In this document: positions 37,010 through 46,913 of the stretch, one piece after another
Layout of the letters: each line of letters begins with the position of its first letter
Position numbering within the stretch: position 1 is the first letter of the stretch
Assembly (NCBI GenBank): GCA_963707915.1
Contig: OY970178.1
Coordinates: 3,136,001-3,200,000, forward strand
Length of the DNA: 64,000 nucleotides
Source of the DNA: Candidatus Eiseniibacteriota bacterium
GTDB lineage: Bacteria; Eisenbacteria; RBG-16-71-46
Direction of reading: 5' to 3'
The notes under the pieces: model-generated
The model's input: only the letters and a program-made list of their open reading frames with translations
Told to the model about the DNA's origin: nothing
Database searches by the model: none
Translations under genes and position numbers: made by a program

Positions 37010-38572
37010 TCAGGGCCTCGTTCCGGCCGCCGGGCTGTCGGTCCTGGTGAAGAGGTAGACCGGCAGCCGCGTGAATCGCCAGCTCCTTTCCAGGGTCATG
37101 GTGCTGCGGCAGACCCGCAGGAGCCGGTCGTCCCGGTCCATCCACCAACCCTGGCACTGCACGATCCAGACGCGCCGGCTTCCGCCGGTGTTCGCGCGGA
37201 GCCACGCGCCCACGGTCCGCTCGTCGGTGAAGTCGGACTGGCCCGGCAGCAGGAACGCCATCGATTCCGGGACATAGTATCGCAGCGGGTAGTCCAGGGC
37301 GTACACCACCACGGCGTCGCCGGCACCGGCCTCGCGGGTGAGCAGCCGTCCGGCGGCCCGGGCGTCCGGCCGCCAGCACGCCGGGTCCGTGAAGTAGCGG
37401 TAGTCCGAGCACGCCGAGAAGAGCACGACCGCCGCCAGCGCCCCGTTGCGCAGCGTCCGCGATCGGATCGAGCTCGCGCCGATCGCGAGCAGGGCGACGT
37501 AGGGGGCGAACGCGAGGAAGGCGTAGCGGGAGTTGGGAGCCTTCAGGTTCAGCGCCGAGAAGCCCGCCATCAGGAGGATCGGCAGGACCAGCCAGGGCAG
37601 CAGCAACGAGCGCGCGGGGCCGCTGGCCCGGCGGCAACCCCGCAGGGCGAGGAGCGCGAAGAGCGCGCCGGCGGGGACCAGGAACCAGAGGTACGGGACC
37701 ACGGCCGCGAACCGGTGGAGCTTGAGCTCGTCCACCGTGGGCCCGAGGGACAGCCCCAGCGAGAAATCGTAGAAGGTGTACGGGATGCTGAGGAACCCGG
37801 GCGGGGACTCGCCCTTGGGCACGGACACGGCGCCGCCCGTCCCCGGCCCGCCCAGGCGCAGCGGTGCGGTCGTGGCCGCGCCGCGGACGATCCAGGGCGA
37901 CAGGACGATCGCGCAGAGCGCGGCCAGCAGCAGGAAGCGCCGCACGGGATAGCGCAGGCGCCGCCCCACGGTCAGCACGTAGAGGCCCTCCACCGCGAAC
38001 AGGAAGAACCCCGAGAGGTTCGCGAGGCAGGTCGCCACCAGCGTCACGGCCGCGAGGGCGAAGCTCCGCGGCGTGCGCTGCTCGACCTCGTCCATGAACG
38101 CGGGGACGGCGAGGAGGCCGGTGACGAAGAGCAGCACGTAGTTCCTCGCCTCCTGGCTGTACCAGAGGTGGTAGGGCGAAGTCGCCAGGATGACCAGGGC
38201 GACGAGCCCCACGGCCGGCCCGGCCAGCCGCCGCACCAGCCGGTGGAAGAGCAGGAGCCCGATCGCGCCGAGCAGTGCGGAGAGGAGCCTGACCATGGCC
38301 TCGCTGTCCCCGAAGACCTGCATCCAGCCGCGCAGGAGCACCAGGTAGAGGGGACCGTGCGGGTTGAAGATGGTGTCCGCGAGGCCGGCGCCGGCCTCGC
38401 CCCGGGCGCTGACGACCGAGTGGATCTCGTCGTGCCAGAAGCTCTGCTGCCCCAGCGCGAGGAGGCGGATCGCGATGCCGGCCGCGAGGACGCACAGGAC
38501 CGCGACGGTGCGGTGGTCCGGTCTCCACGAGCCCGGAGCGCGGACGCCCGGGCCGGCGGCCGCGGCGCTCAC
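37010..38572 (-). CDS. GT-C fold glycosyltransferase (PMT-like mannosyltransferase family)
   Basis: QSFWHDE, HGPLY, RLLSA, YSQEARNY; GTGA overlap with upstream gene. Confidence 0.82.
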   Translation of the reverse strand: MSAAAAGPGVRAPGSWRPDHRTVAVLCVLAAGIAIRLLALGQQSFWHDEIHSVVSARGEAGAGLADTIFNPHGPLYLVLLRGWMQVFGDSEAMVRLLSALLGAIGLLLFHRLVRRLAGPAVGLVALVILATSPYHLWYSQEARNYVLLFVTGLLAVPAFMDEVEQRTPRSFALAAVTLVATCLANLSGFFLFAVEGLYVLTVGRRLRYPVRRFLLLAALCAIVLSPWIVRGAATTAPLRLGGPGTGGAVSVPKGESPPGFLSIPYTFYDFSLGLSLGPTVDELKLHRFAAVVPYLWFLVPAGALFALLALRGCRRASGPARSLLLPWLVLPILLMAGFSALNLKAPNSRYAFLAFAPYVALLAIGASSIRSRTLRNGALAAVVLFSACSDYRYFTDPACWRPDARAAGRLLTREAGAGDAVVVYALDYPLRYYVPESMAFLLPGQSDFTDERTVGAWLRANTGGSRRVWIVQCQGWWMDRDDRLLRVCRSTMTLERSWRFTRLPVYLFTRTDSPAAGTRP

Positions 38573-40065
38573 CGGAGCAGTTCTCCCGCGAGCCGGACCA
38601 GCCTGGCCACCACGGCGGGCTGGTTCGCGGCGATGGTCGCCAGCGGGACGGGCCCGGTGTGGCTGATCATCCCCAGGGCGTACTGGGCCAGGAGCAGCAG
38701 GTTCCAGGCCGAGAAGACGCCGAACGCCAGCGGGGCGAGCCACCGCGGCCCGGCGCCGGCGGCCGCCGCGAGGTTCCCGCGGCGGGGCGCAGTCCATCGC
38801 GCCAGCGCGCGGCCAAGGTCGTCGAGGAACACCGCGAGCCCCAGCGCGAGCAGCGGCGTGCCGCTCAGCAGCCGTCGCATGCCGAACGAAGCTCCGCCCC
38901 ACCAGTCGCGCACCATGCAGTTGGACGCCACCAGCAGGAGGAAGGCGGCGAGGCCGACCCCGGCGAGCTCGCGGTCACGGCGGAACAGCAGGCCCAGCCC
39001 GGCCACGGCGGGCAGCGCGATCGGCGTCCAGACGAAGAGGCCGTGCCGGGAGGAGAACAGCGTCTCCCACAGGGCGGCCGGAGCGAAGCCGAGATACTCC
39101 ACGGGATAGCGGACCCAGGGCCGGCCGTGGAAGTACTGCCAGGCGCCGAACTGGGGCGACGCGGCGAGGAGGAATCCGGCGCTCGCCGCCGCCACGCACC
39201 CGAGCAGGCGCCGGGCCGCGGCCCCCGCGTCGCGGGTCCCGTCCCCGCGCAGTTGCCGGGCCGCCTCGACCGCGAACACCGGGAGAGCGAGCACGACGTC
39301 GTTCCAGCGCGCCAGGAAGAGCACGCCCGCGAGCAGGCCCCAGCGGAACCACGTCGCCGCCCGGTCGGCGTGGCGCGTCCGCCACCAGTAGAGGAAGAAC
39401 GCCCCGGAGGCGAACACCGTGAGGGCGTGGCTGTAGCTCGGGGCGAGGTAGAGGTAGTAGACGAGGGGAGTGGCCCAGGCCATGGCCAGGACGGCCCACG
39501 ACGCCTCCCGGCGCGGCGCGACCCGGGACGTGAGCCGGTAGGCGAACAGCAGGCCCACCGCCCCGAAGGCGAGCGAGCTGAGGGCGATCGCGAGGTAGTA
39601 GAGCCCACCGTAGCCGTCCGCGCGCGCGGCGGCCCCGGCGCCTCCGCCCGCGCCCAGGAGCATCAGCCCGTGCGCGGCGAGGTAGGCCGGGGCCCAGGAG
39701 ATCGGCGGGCCCACGCTGAAGAAGGCGGGCACCCGCCCGGTGACCGGATCGGGCTGCGGCGTGTGGTAGGTCGGGTCGATGCCCGGCCGGTGCGAGCTGC
39801 GCGAGAGGAACCGGGCGGGCAGGCCCCAGGCGTCGGCCTGGATGTGGCCGGCCAGGTGCTCGAACTCGTCGGCGAGGTCGAGGTTCCGCTCCACCACGGC
39901 CGAACGGAGGAGCGCGACGTAGCCGATGCCGTCGCCGTGGACCCAGGAGGTGAGCAGGAACGGGGCGGCCGCGAGGAGGCAGAGCAGGATCATCCATTCC
40001 GGACGGGGCAGGGGAGACCTCGCCGTCGAACGGAGGTTCTCCCCAGCGGGTTCGCTCTGCTTCAT
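38569..40065 (-). CDS. Multi-TM GT-C-like glycosyltransferase
   Basis: GDGIGY, YSHA, LFSSRHGLFVWTP, WWGGASFGMRR. Confidence 0.7.
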   Translation of the reverse strand: MKQSEPAGENLRSTARSPLPRPEWMILLCLLAAAPFLLTSWVHGDGIGYVALLRSAVVERNLDLADEFEHLAGHIQADAWGLPARFLSRSSHRPGIDPTYHTPQPDPVTGRVPAFFSVGPPISWAPAYLAAHGLMLLGAGGGAGAAARADGYGGLYYLAIALSSLAFGAVGLLFAYRLTSRVAPRREASWAVLAMAWATPLVYYLYLAPSYSHALTVFASGAFFLYWWRTRHADRAATWFRWGLLAGVLFLARWNDVVLALPVFAVEAARQLRGDGTRDAGAAARRLLGCVAAASAGFLLAASPQFGAWQYFHGRPWVRYPVEYLGFAPAALWETLFSSRHGLFVWTPIALPAVAGLGLLFRRDRELAGVGLAAFLLLVASNCMVRDWWGGASFGMRRLLSGTPLLALGLAVFLDDLGRALARWTAPRRGNLAAAAGAGPRWLAPLAFGVFSAWNLLLLAQYALGMISHTGPVPLATIAANQPAVVARLVRLAGELLR

Positions 40066-40274
40066 GGGCTCGGGCTCCGGCGACCGATCGATCCGTGATC
40101 CGGGACGAAGATTCCCCTGCTCGGTGCCGAGTGTAACACCGGACCGGGACTTCCGTGTCCGCGCCCCACGGCCCGGATCGCGCGCGTGGCCGCGAGGTCG
40201 CGGGGCACCTCGCCGCGCAGACGAACCAGGGGGGCGCCGGGACCGGCACCCCCCTGCGTTCCGCGCTTCCGATC

Positions 40275-41435
40275 TCAGCGCCGGCGGAGACTCACGCCGC
40301 CCGAGCCGGTGTCCACCTTGATCCGGCCGTGCCCCTCGCCGATGGTGCCCTGCAGGGAGCCGTGCTCCTTGCTCGTGACGGTCATGGCGTAGTCGGTCTC
40401 GATGCCGCCGCTGCCGCAATCGAAGTCCACCGTGGCGTCGAGGTCGTCGGGTCCCACGATGGTCACTCCGCCCGAGCCGGTGTCCACCAGCAGGGAGCGC
40501 GGCGCGGCGAGCAGGCCCACGTGGACGCCGCCGCTGCCGGTGTCGATGCTGATCCGGCCGGAGCGCACGTCGTCGAGCCCGACGCTGCCCGAGCCGGTGT
40601 CGACGAGCACGTCCTCCGACTCGACGCTGTGGCCCGTGACCCCGCCCGAACCGGTGTCCACCTTCAGGCGGCTGCCCGCCACGTCCGAGAGCTCGACCCC
40701 GCCCGAGCCGGTGTCGACCAGGATGTCCCCCCGGTTCCCGCGCAGCACCACGCGGCCCGAGCCGGTGTCCACGACCAGCGAGCCGGTCGTGCGCTCGGCC
40801 TCGACCGACGCGGCCGCCACGTCGATGGTCAGGTCACCGTCCACCCCCAGCGCCACGGCTTCGCCCACGCCGAGACGGAACGTGGTCTGGCAGCCGCGCG
40901 GCAGCCGCACCTCGATGTCGGCCCAGGCGTGCAGGCCGTGGCCCGAGCCCGCGACGGTCACGCGGTGGCCGCCGAAGGGGAAGCCCCCGCCGTGCTCGAG
41001 GCAGCCGTCGGAGCCGACGTGGAGGGTCGAGCTCCCCCAGCCGTGCATCGAGCTCCAGGGCTTGGTCCGCGGGTAGATCACGCGGTTGCCCGGGTAGATG
41101 ACGTGCAGCCGGGACTCGCCGCCCCGCTCGACCTGCTCGGCGCGGAGCCGGGCCGCATCCGGGCCGCAGCGGGTCACCAGCACCTCGGCGCGCGTGCCGG
41201 TGCCCTCGACGATGCGTACCGCGCCCGCGAGGTTGCAGATCTCGATGCGCTGGCCCTGCAGCCAGAAGCGCTGCACGGCCGGTTCGGCGCAGGCCATCAT
41301 CGCCAGGAACGAGGCGTTGGCCAGCAGGGCGATGAGCGCGATGGTCAGCATGCTCGCGATGGCGAAGAGGACGGCGAGGGCGCCGGGGCCCGCACGGCGC
41401 TGGCGCTGGGTCATCGTCAGGACGGCACTTCTCAT
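40275..41435 (-). CDS. DUF4097 family beta-strand repeat protein
   Basis: Eight (V/I/F)D(T/C)GSG repeats; N-terminal hydrophobic leader; GAAGGAG RBS. Confidence 0.85.
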   Translation of the reverse strand: MRSAVLTMTQRQRRAGPGALAVLFAIASMLTIALIALLANASFLAMMACAEPAVQRFWLQGQRIEICNLAGAVRIVEGTGTRAEVLVTRCGPDAARLRAEQVERGGESRLHVIYPGNRVIYPRTKPWSSMHGWGSSTLHVGSDGCLEHGGGFPFGGHRVTVAGSGHGLHAWADIEVRLPRGCQTTFRLGVGEAVALGVDGDLTIDVAAASVEAERTTGSLVVDTGSGRVVLRGNRGDILVDTGSGGVELSDVAGSRLKVDTGSGGVTGHSVESEDVLVDTGSGSVGLDDVRSGRISIDTGSGGVHVGLLAAPRSLLVDTGSGGVTIVGPDDLDATVDFDCGSGGIETDYAMTVTSKEHGSLQGTIGEGHGRIKVDTGSGGVSLRRR

Positions 41436-41492
41436 GGCAGCGGCTCCTTCGATGGTCGGGTGGGGAGCGGACATGGGTCCGGTCACTCTGGG

Positions 41493-41519
41493 TTACGCAG
41501 CGGGGGCAAGGATGGTTTC
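41493..41519 (-). promoter_or_regulatory. Candidate ECF promoter GAAACC-N16-CGTAA
   Basis: AAC/CGT ECF consensus upstream of the divergent DUF4097 gene. Confidence 0.5.
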
Positions 41520-41689
41520 GTTTCCCCGTCCGGTTCTGACACGGTCCGGGGCGGAATGGTTGGCAGCCGGGGGCCGTCGCGCCCCCGGCAACCTGCGGAG
41601 TGCCCCCGCCGTAGAGCGGGACGAGGCCCCCGACGCGGGGCAGGGATCGCCCCTGCCATCCGGTGTCGCTTTCCCGCTATCCTGCCTTC

Positions 41690-41714
41690 CAACCTTCCGT
41701 CCGGGCGGGCCGTC
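41690..41714 (+). promoter_or_regulatory. Candidate ECF promoter CAACC-N16-CGTC upstream of sigma gene
   Basis: AAC/CGT boxes ending 7 nt before ATG 41722. Confidence 0.5.
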
Positions 41715-41721
41715 GAAGAGG

Positions 41722-42300
41722 ATGCATGGAGTGTCGCCCCGGGTGACCAGCGCCAGCGGAACGCCAGAGGTGGCCCCGGTGGCCACCGACCTCGAGGAGG
41801 CCGCGCTGGCCGCGGCCGGGGACACCCGTGCGTTCGAGCGGCTCTACCGCGCCCACGTGGCGCGCATCCACGGCCTGGTCCGGCGGATGCTGGGTACGGA
41901 TGAAGCGACGGAGGTCACTCAGGACGTGTTCGTCAGAGCCTGGCAGAAGATCGGGAGCTTCCGGGGCGAGGCCGCCTTCGGGACCTGGCTGCACCGGGTG
42001 GCGGTGAACGTGGTGCTCACCCGCCGGGCCCAGCTCGGCACCCGCCGCAGCCGCTTCATCAGCGACGAGCAGGTGCTGGAGAACGTGCCCGCCCGCCCGG
42101 GCTCGCGGGACTTCGGCATCGATTTCGAGGGCGCCGTCGCCCGCCTGCCCGAGGGGGCGCGGCACATCTTCGTCCTGCACGACGTCGAGGGCTACCGCCA
42201 CGAGGAGATCGCCGGGCTGCTCGGCGTCACCTCGGGCACGACCAAGGCCCAGCTCCACCGTGCGCGCATGCTGCTGCGCGGCCACCTCGGGACCGCGTGA
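41722..42300 (+). CDS. ECF RNA polymerase sigma factor
   Basis: AFERLY, EVTQDVFVRAW, FGTWLHRVAVN, LHDVEGYRHEEIA, TKAQLHRAR. Confidence 0.93.
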   Translation: MHGVSPRVTSASGTPEVAPVATDLEEAALAAAGDTRAFERLYRAHVARIHGLVRRMLGTDEATEVTQDVFVRAWQKIGSFRGEAAFGTWLHRVAVNVVLTRRAQLGTRRSRFISDEQVLENVPARPGSRDFGIDFEGAVARLPEGARHIFVLHDVEGYRHEEIAGLLGVTSGTTKAQLHRARMLLRGHLGTA

Positions 42301-43025
42301 TGATCCCCGATCGGGACGCCTGGACCGACCGCCTGTCGGAGTACGTGGACGGCGAGCTGGATGCCGCCGAGCGCGCGGCGCTCGAGGTGCACCTGCAACT
42401 CTGCGAAGGCTGCGCCGGCACGGTCGAGGAGTTGCGCGCCGTGGTCCGGCGTGCCGGGACGATGGAGTCGGGGGCGCCCGGAACGGACCTGTGGCCCGCC
42501 ATCGAGGCGCGGATCTCCGCCCCGCGGAAGGCGCAGGTGTTCGACCTGCGCGATGGTCACGGACACGAGGCCGGGCGGCGGGCGGAAACGTGGCTGCCGC
42601 GCCGCTGGAGCTTCACGCTCCCGCAACTGGCCGCCGCCGCGGCATTGATCGTCCTGCTCTCGAGCGTGACCGTGTGGAGCGTGCTCTCGCGCCGCCCGGC
42701 CGCCGTCGCGCCGCCGGCCGGCCCGTCGGCCGCCGCCCCGCTCGCCGCCGCCGTGCAGCCGGCGGGGTTCGAGGCCGCCCGCTACGACGCGGCCATCGCC
42801 GACCTCGAGCGCGTACTGAAGGAGCACCGCGGCGAGCTGGACCCGGCCACGGTCCGCGTCATCGAGCGGAATCTGGCCATCATCGATCAGGCGACCGACC
42901 AGGCGCGCAAGGCCCTGGCCGCCGATCCGGCGAACCGCTACCTGAACGGACATCTCGCTTCACAACTCATGCGCAAGATGGCGCTGCTGAGGCAGGCGAC
43001 GGCCCTCGTCGCCGTGCACGGCTAG
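42297..43025 (+). CDS. zf-HC2 anti-sigma factor
   Basis: LSEYVDGEL...HLQLCEGC; one TM; C-terminal helical domain. Confidence 0.88.
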   Translation: MMIPDRDAWTDRLSEYVDGELDAAERAALEVHLQLCEGCAGTVEELRAVVRRAGTMESGAPGTDLWPAIEARISAPRKAQVFDLRDGHGHEAGRRAETWLPRRWSFTLPQLAAAAALIVLLSSVTVWSVLSRRPAAVAPPAGPSAAAPLAAAVQPAGFEAARYDAAIADLERVLKEHRGELDPATVRVIERNLAIIDQATDQARKALAADPANRYLNGHLASQLMRKMALLRQATALVAVHG

Positions 43026-43037
43026 GAGAGGAAGACC

Positions 43038-44117
43038 ATGTTCCTTCGATTCGCGCTGATCGCACTGCTGGCCTCGAGCGCCGGGGCCTGGGCCGCCGGG
43101 GCGGGCGAGCCTCGCGCCCCCCGGGCTCCCGCCCGCCCGGCTGCACCCGAGCGCGCCGTGCCGCCGGCGCCTCCACATCCTCCGGAGCTGGCCGGGGATG
43201 ACGAGCCGGAGAGCACCGACACGACGTTCTCGGTTCCGCCGCGGGGCAGGCTCGAACTGGAGAACCTGTCCGGCGACATCGTGGTCTCGGGCTGGGACCG
43301 GAGCGCGATGCGGGTCCGGGCCGAGCACGGACCGCGCACGCATCTCGAGATGGACGTCCGCCCGGCCACGGTCAGGCTGCGCTCGGTCCGGCGCATCCGG
43401 ATCCCCATGCTGGGGAACAGCCGGCACGAGCGGGTCGAGGACATCGAGGTCCCGTCGCGGGTGGAGTATCGGCTGACGGTCCCGCGCTGGATGAGCATGC
43501 GGCTCTCCGGGGTCAACTCGGTGATCTCCGTCGCGGGCGTCGAGGGAGACGTGAGTGCCGAGACGGTGAACGGGCCGGTGACCGTACGGGGCGGCAGGGG
43601 CTCGATCCGCGCCAACTCGATCAACGGCCCGGTGGAGATCACCGGGGCCCGCGGCTCGGTCGAGGCCGGATCGATGAACGATGGGGTCATCCTGCGGGAC
43701 GTGGAGGGCCGGGTGCGGATCGAGACCGTCAGCGGGGACGTGGCCCTCGAGCGGATCGTCTCGGACGCGGTCGAGGCGGCCACGGTGAGCGGGAACCTGC
43801 GCTATTCCGGCGCGCTGAGCCCGGGTGGCAGCTATCGGCTCGAGAGCCACAGCGGCGACTTGACCGTGATCCTGCCGGAGCGCCCGGACGTGACCGTCTC
43901 GGTGGACACCTACAGCGGCGAGTTCACGTCGAGCGTTCCCATGCAGTCGAAGTCCACGTCCACGGTGGTGAGGGGGCGCGGGAAGGAGTTCAACTTCACG
44001 CTCGGTGACGGCCGCGCCGAGCTGAGCCTGGAGTCGTTCTCGGGCTTCATCCGGCTGGTGCGCGCGACCGAGCCTGCGCCGCGCGTCCGCGTGGTCAAGG
44101 TGCGAAGGGACAAGTGA
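43038..44117 (+). CDS. DUF4097 family beta-strand repeat protein
   Basis: Signal peptide; repeated NLSGDI, TVNGPV, TVSGDV, SHSGDL. Confidence 0.85.
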   Translation: MFLRFALIALLASSAGAWAAGAGEPRAPRAPARPAAPERAVPPAPPHPPELAGDDEPESTDTTFSVPPRGRLELENLSGDIVVSGWDRSAMRVRAEHGPRTHLEMDVRPATVRLRSVRRIRIPMLGNSRHERVEDIEVPSRVEYRLTVPRWMSMRLSGVNSVISVAGVEGDVSAETVNGPVTVRGGRGSIRANSINGPVEITGARGSVEAGSMNDGVILRDVEGRVRIETVSGDVALERIVSDAVEAATVSGNLRYSGALSPGGSYRLESHSGDLTVILPERPDVTVSVDTYSGEFTSSVPMQSKSTSTVVRGRGKEFNFTLGDGRAELSLESFSGFIRLVRATEPAPRVRVVKVRRDK

Positions 44118-44137
44118 AGCGCGACAGGAGATCCGAC

Positions 44138-45019
44138 ATGAAGATGCACGGCCGAAGTCTCGTCAACCGGTCCCTGCGCAGGGCCCTCGGACGGCTCGTG
44201 ATCGTGGCCGCAACCACAGTGGGGCCCGCTGCGGGCGCGGCGCTGGCCGCACCGCACCAGGGGGCGGCCACGACCCCGAGCCGGTCCTCCGGCGGGACCA
44301 TGGACTTCGACGGGTCCTGGCGGCTGGCGCCGGGCCAGGCCCTCGAGATCGAGGGCGTGAACGGAGCGATCCGCGCCACCGGCACCCCGGGGAAGGAAGT
44401 CGTGGTCCACGCGCGCAAGCACGCCCGGCACAGCGACCCGTCCAGGGTCACGATCGAGGTCATCGAGCACGCGGACGGGATCACGCTGTGCGTGCGCTAC
44501 CCGGACACCCGGGGGCACCGCAACGAATGTGCCCCCCACGGCGGGAGCCACATGACCACCGGCGACAACGACGTCACGGTGGACTTCGACGTGCAGCTGC
44601 CGGCCGATGTGCGCCTGCTCGCGCGCACGGTCAACGGCGAGGTGGAGGCCCGGGGTCTCGGCGCCGACGCCGAGGCGCACACCGTCAACGGCTCCGTGAC
44701 GCTCGAGACCCGCGGCCGCGCCGAGGCGACGACGGTGAACGGCTCGGTCAGCGCACGCCTGGGCTCGCTGGGTGTGAAGGAGCCCCTGGACTTCTCGACG
44801 GTGAACGGCAGCATCACGCTGGAACTGCCGGAGAACGCCGGCGCCGAGGTCGCGGCGCGGAACGTGAACGGCGGGATCGAGACCGACTTCCCGATCGCGG
44901 TGCGGCGGGCGGGCCTCGTGGGCCACCGGTTGCAGGGCGCCATCGGACACGGCGGACCGCGGCTCGATCTCTCCACCGTGAACGGGAGCATCCACCTGCG
45001 GAAGGTGCGCGACCGCTAG
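44138..45019 (+). CDS. DUF4097 family beta-strand repeat protein
   Basis: AGGAG RBS; signal peptide; repeated TVNG motifs. Confidence 0.85.
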   Translation: MKMHGRSLVNRSLRRALGRLVIVAATTVGPAAGAALAAPHQGAATTPSRSSGGTMDFDGSWRLAPGQALEIEGVNGAIRATGTPGKEVVVHARKHARHSDPSRVTIEVIEHADGITLCVRYPDTRGHRNECAPHGGSHMTTGDNDVTVDFDVQLPADVRLLARTVNGEVEARGLGADAEAHTVNGSVTLETRGRAEATTVNGSVSARLGSLGVKEPLDFSTVNGSITLELPENAGAEVAARNVNGGIETDFPIAVRRAGLVGHRLQGAIGHGGPRLDLSTVNGSIHLRKVRDR

Positions 45020-45032
45020 CCGGAAGGCGCCG

Positions 45033-45065
45033 GGCCGCGGGCCGGTGACGCGCCGGCCCGCGGCC
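45033..45065. terminator. Hairpin between convergent genes
   Basis: GGCCGCGGGCCGG-N7-CCGGCCCGCGGCC. Confidence 0.55.
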
Positions 45066-45095
45066 GCCGGCCCCGTTCTCCGGTTCGGAGCGCGC

Positions 45096-46577
45096 TCACT
45101 CGCCCGGGTAGTCGCCCTCCGCCACCTTCCACGCGGTCCGGTAGGCCAGGCGCGTGAGCGCCTCGAACAGGCGCGGGTTGAGCGTGCCCGGCGTGTCGCC
45201 CGGCTGGTGGAGATGGGGGTAGGAGAAGCGCGAGGCGAAGTAGAGCGTGGGGATGCCCCGCTCGGCGAAGGGCGTCGCGTCGGCCCCGCCGCCGCCCCAG
45301 GTGTCCTCGACCGAGAGCCGCGCGCCGCGCTGGTCGAGCTCGCGCGCGAGTCGCCAGAGCTTCGGCGAGGTCTTGCCGCTCCCGAGTTGGATCGAGTCGC
45401 CGACCGCGATGCAGTCGAGGTTCAGGTAGGCGACGATGTCGCCAAGCGGGACCGGCGGGTGATCGACGAAGCGCTTCGCCCCCTCGAGCCCGGACTCCTC
45501 GGAGGAGAGGAGTACGAAGACGACCGACCGCTTCGGCGGTGCGCCGGCGCGCGCGAAGGCTTCGGCGAGCGCCATCACGGCTGCCGCGCCCGAGGCGTTG
45601 TCGTTGGCGCCGGGAAAGGTGAGACCCGCCTGGCTGCCGACGTGGTCGAGGTGCGCGCCGATCACCAGGCACTGGTCGCGCAGCGCCGGGTCGGCGCCCG
45701 CGAGGATGCCGACCACGTTCGCCGAGGGCCGCCTCGCCTGGTAGCGGGCCGTGACGCCGACGCGGACCGAGACGCCGAGCTCGCGTGAGCGCGGCTGCCG
45801 GGTCGAGTCGATCGCCGCCTTGAGGTCCGCGAGCCGCAGGCCCGTGGCGGCCAGCATCTCCTGCGCGACCGGGACGTCCACCATCAGCCGGGGGAAGGCT
45901 TCGTCCTGCGGCCCGGGACCTTCGAGCACGCTGCCGATCGGCTTCGTCAGCCCCTCCGGGTCGGCGGCCGCGACCAGGAGCAGGCCCCGCGCGCCGTGCG
46001 CGGCGGCGACCCGTCCCCGGGGCCGCGGCAGCACGCGGTCGCCCCAGCCGGTCGAGTCGAGCGCGAAGGGCGGGGGGGGCTTGAACGCGAGCACGACCTT
46101 GCCGCGCACGTCGAGCCCGGCGTAATCGTCGTAGCCCAGGCCGGGCTCCGAGATGCCGTAACCCGCGAAGACGGCCGGCGCGGTGAAGGCGCCGGAGCCG
46201 GTCAGGCCGCGGGCGACGAAGTCGGGGCCGAGCCTCAGCTCGCGCGTCACGCCGCCGGGCAGCACCAGCGCGAGGCGGCACGTGTCGATCTCCAGGTACT
46301 CGACGTCGAGGGGCTGGAAGAATCCGCCGTCGCCGCCGGGCCTCAGGCCCAGCCTTCCGAAGCGCCCGGCCGCCTCGTGGGCCGCCTCCATGTAGCCGGG
46401 TCCGCCGGCCAGGCGCCCGGCGTAGCGCGGGGAGGCCCAACGCTCGACCGTCTTCATGAGCCCCGCTGCGCGGATGGTCTCGACGCCGGGGAATTCCCGG
46501 GTGGCGGCGCCGCCGGCTCGCGCGATGAGCAGAGCCGGCAGGACCAGGCCCACGACGATGATGAGGATGCGGCGCAT
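45096..46577 (-). CDS. M28 family peptidase with PA domain
   Basis: Signal peptide; FAGYGI..DDYAGLDVRGK, GAHLDH, GANDNASG, SEESGL, NLD, HQPGDT. Confidence 0.9.
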   Translation of the reverse strand: MRRILIIVVGLVLPALLIARAGGAATREFPGVETIRAAGLMKTVERWASPRYAGRLAGGPGYMEAAHEAAGRFGRLGLRPGGDGGFFQPLDVEYLEIDTCRLALVLPGGVTRELRLGPDFVARGLTGSGAFTAPAVFAGYGISEPGLGYDDYAGLDVRGKVVLAFKPPPPFALDSTGWGDRVLPRPRGRVAAAHGARGLLLVAAADPEGLTKPIGSVLEGPGPQDEAFPRLMVDVPVAQEMLAATGLRLADLKAAIDSTRQPRSRELGVSVRVGVTARYQARRPSANVVGILAGADPALRDQCLVIGAHLDHVGSQAGLTFPGANDNASGAAAVMALAEAFARAGAPPKRSVVFVLLSSEESGLEGAKRFVDHPPVPLGDIVAYLNLDCIAVGDSIQLGSGKTSPKLWRLARELDQRGARLSVEDTWGGGGADATPFAERGIPTLYFASRFSYPHLHQPGDTPGTLNPRLFEALTRLAYRTAWKVAEGDYPGE

Positions 46578-46640
46578 GGGGAACCTCCGGGCGGCTGCAG
46601 GTGACGTCTTGCGACCCAACGTTTCCACGCTACCACTTCC

Positions 46641-46823
46641 GTGCGGGGGACGGGGCTGGCCCTGGGCGAGCGCATGGTGCCTCTGCTCGCCCAGGACCAG
46701 CCCCGTCCCCCGCACCCGCGGGGCGCGCCCGCCACGACGGCGGGCGATGCCGGATCGGGGCGCCGGAGCGAGGGTGGGCGAGCGCATGGTGCCGCTGCTC
46801 GCCCGTCCTCGCTCCGGCGCCCC
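46641..46823. repeat. Two long intergenic hairpins sharing a 30-bp apical direct repeat
   Basis: Hairpins 46641-46715 and 46757-46823, both topped by TGGGCGAGCGCATGGTGCC(T/G)CTGCTCGCCC. Confidence 0.8.
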
Positions 46824-46913
46824 CGTGACCGCACGCGTGCCGTGTCGGGGTGGCGCACGACCGCGGCGGCGGCGTAACCTCGCGGCCTCGCAACGCCGAC
46901 CCGGAGGGCAGCC

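Noticed and set aside
46601..46628. ECF promoter upstream of the M28 peptidase (GGAAAC...CGTCA)
   Set aside because: The spacer is about 3 nt shorter than in the other AAC/CGT candidates.
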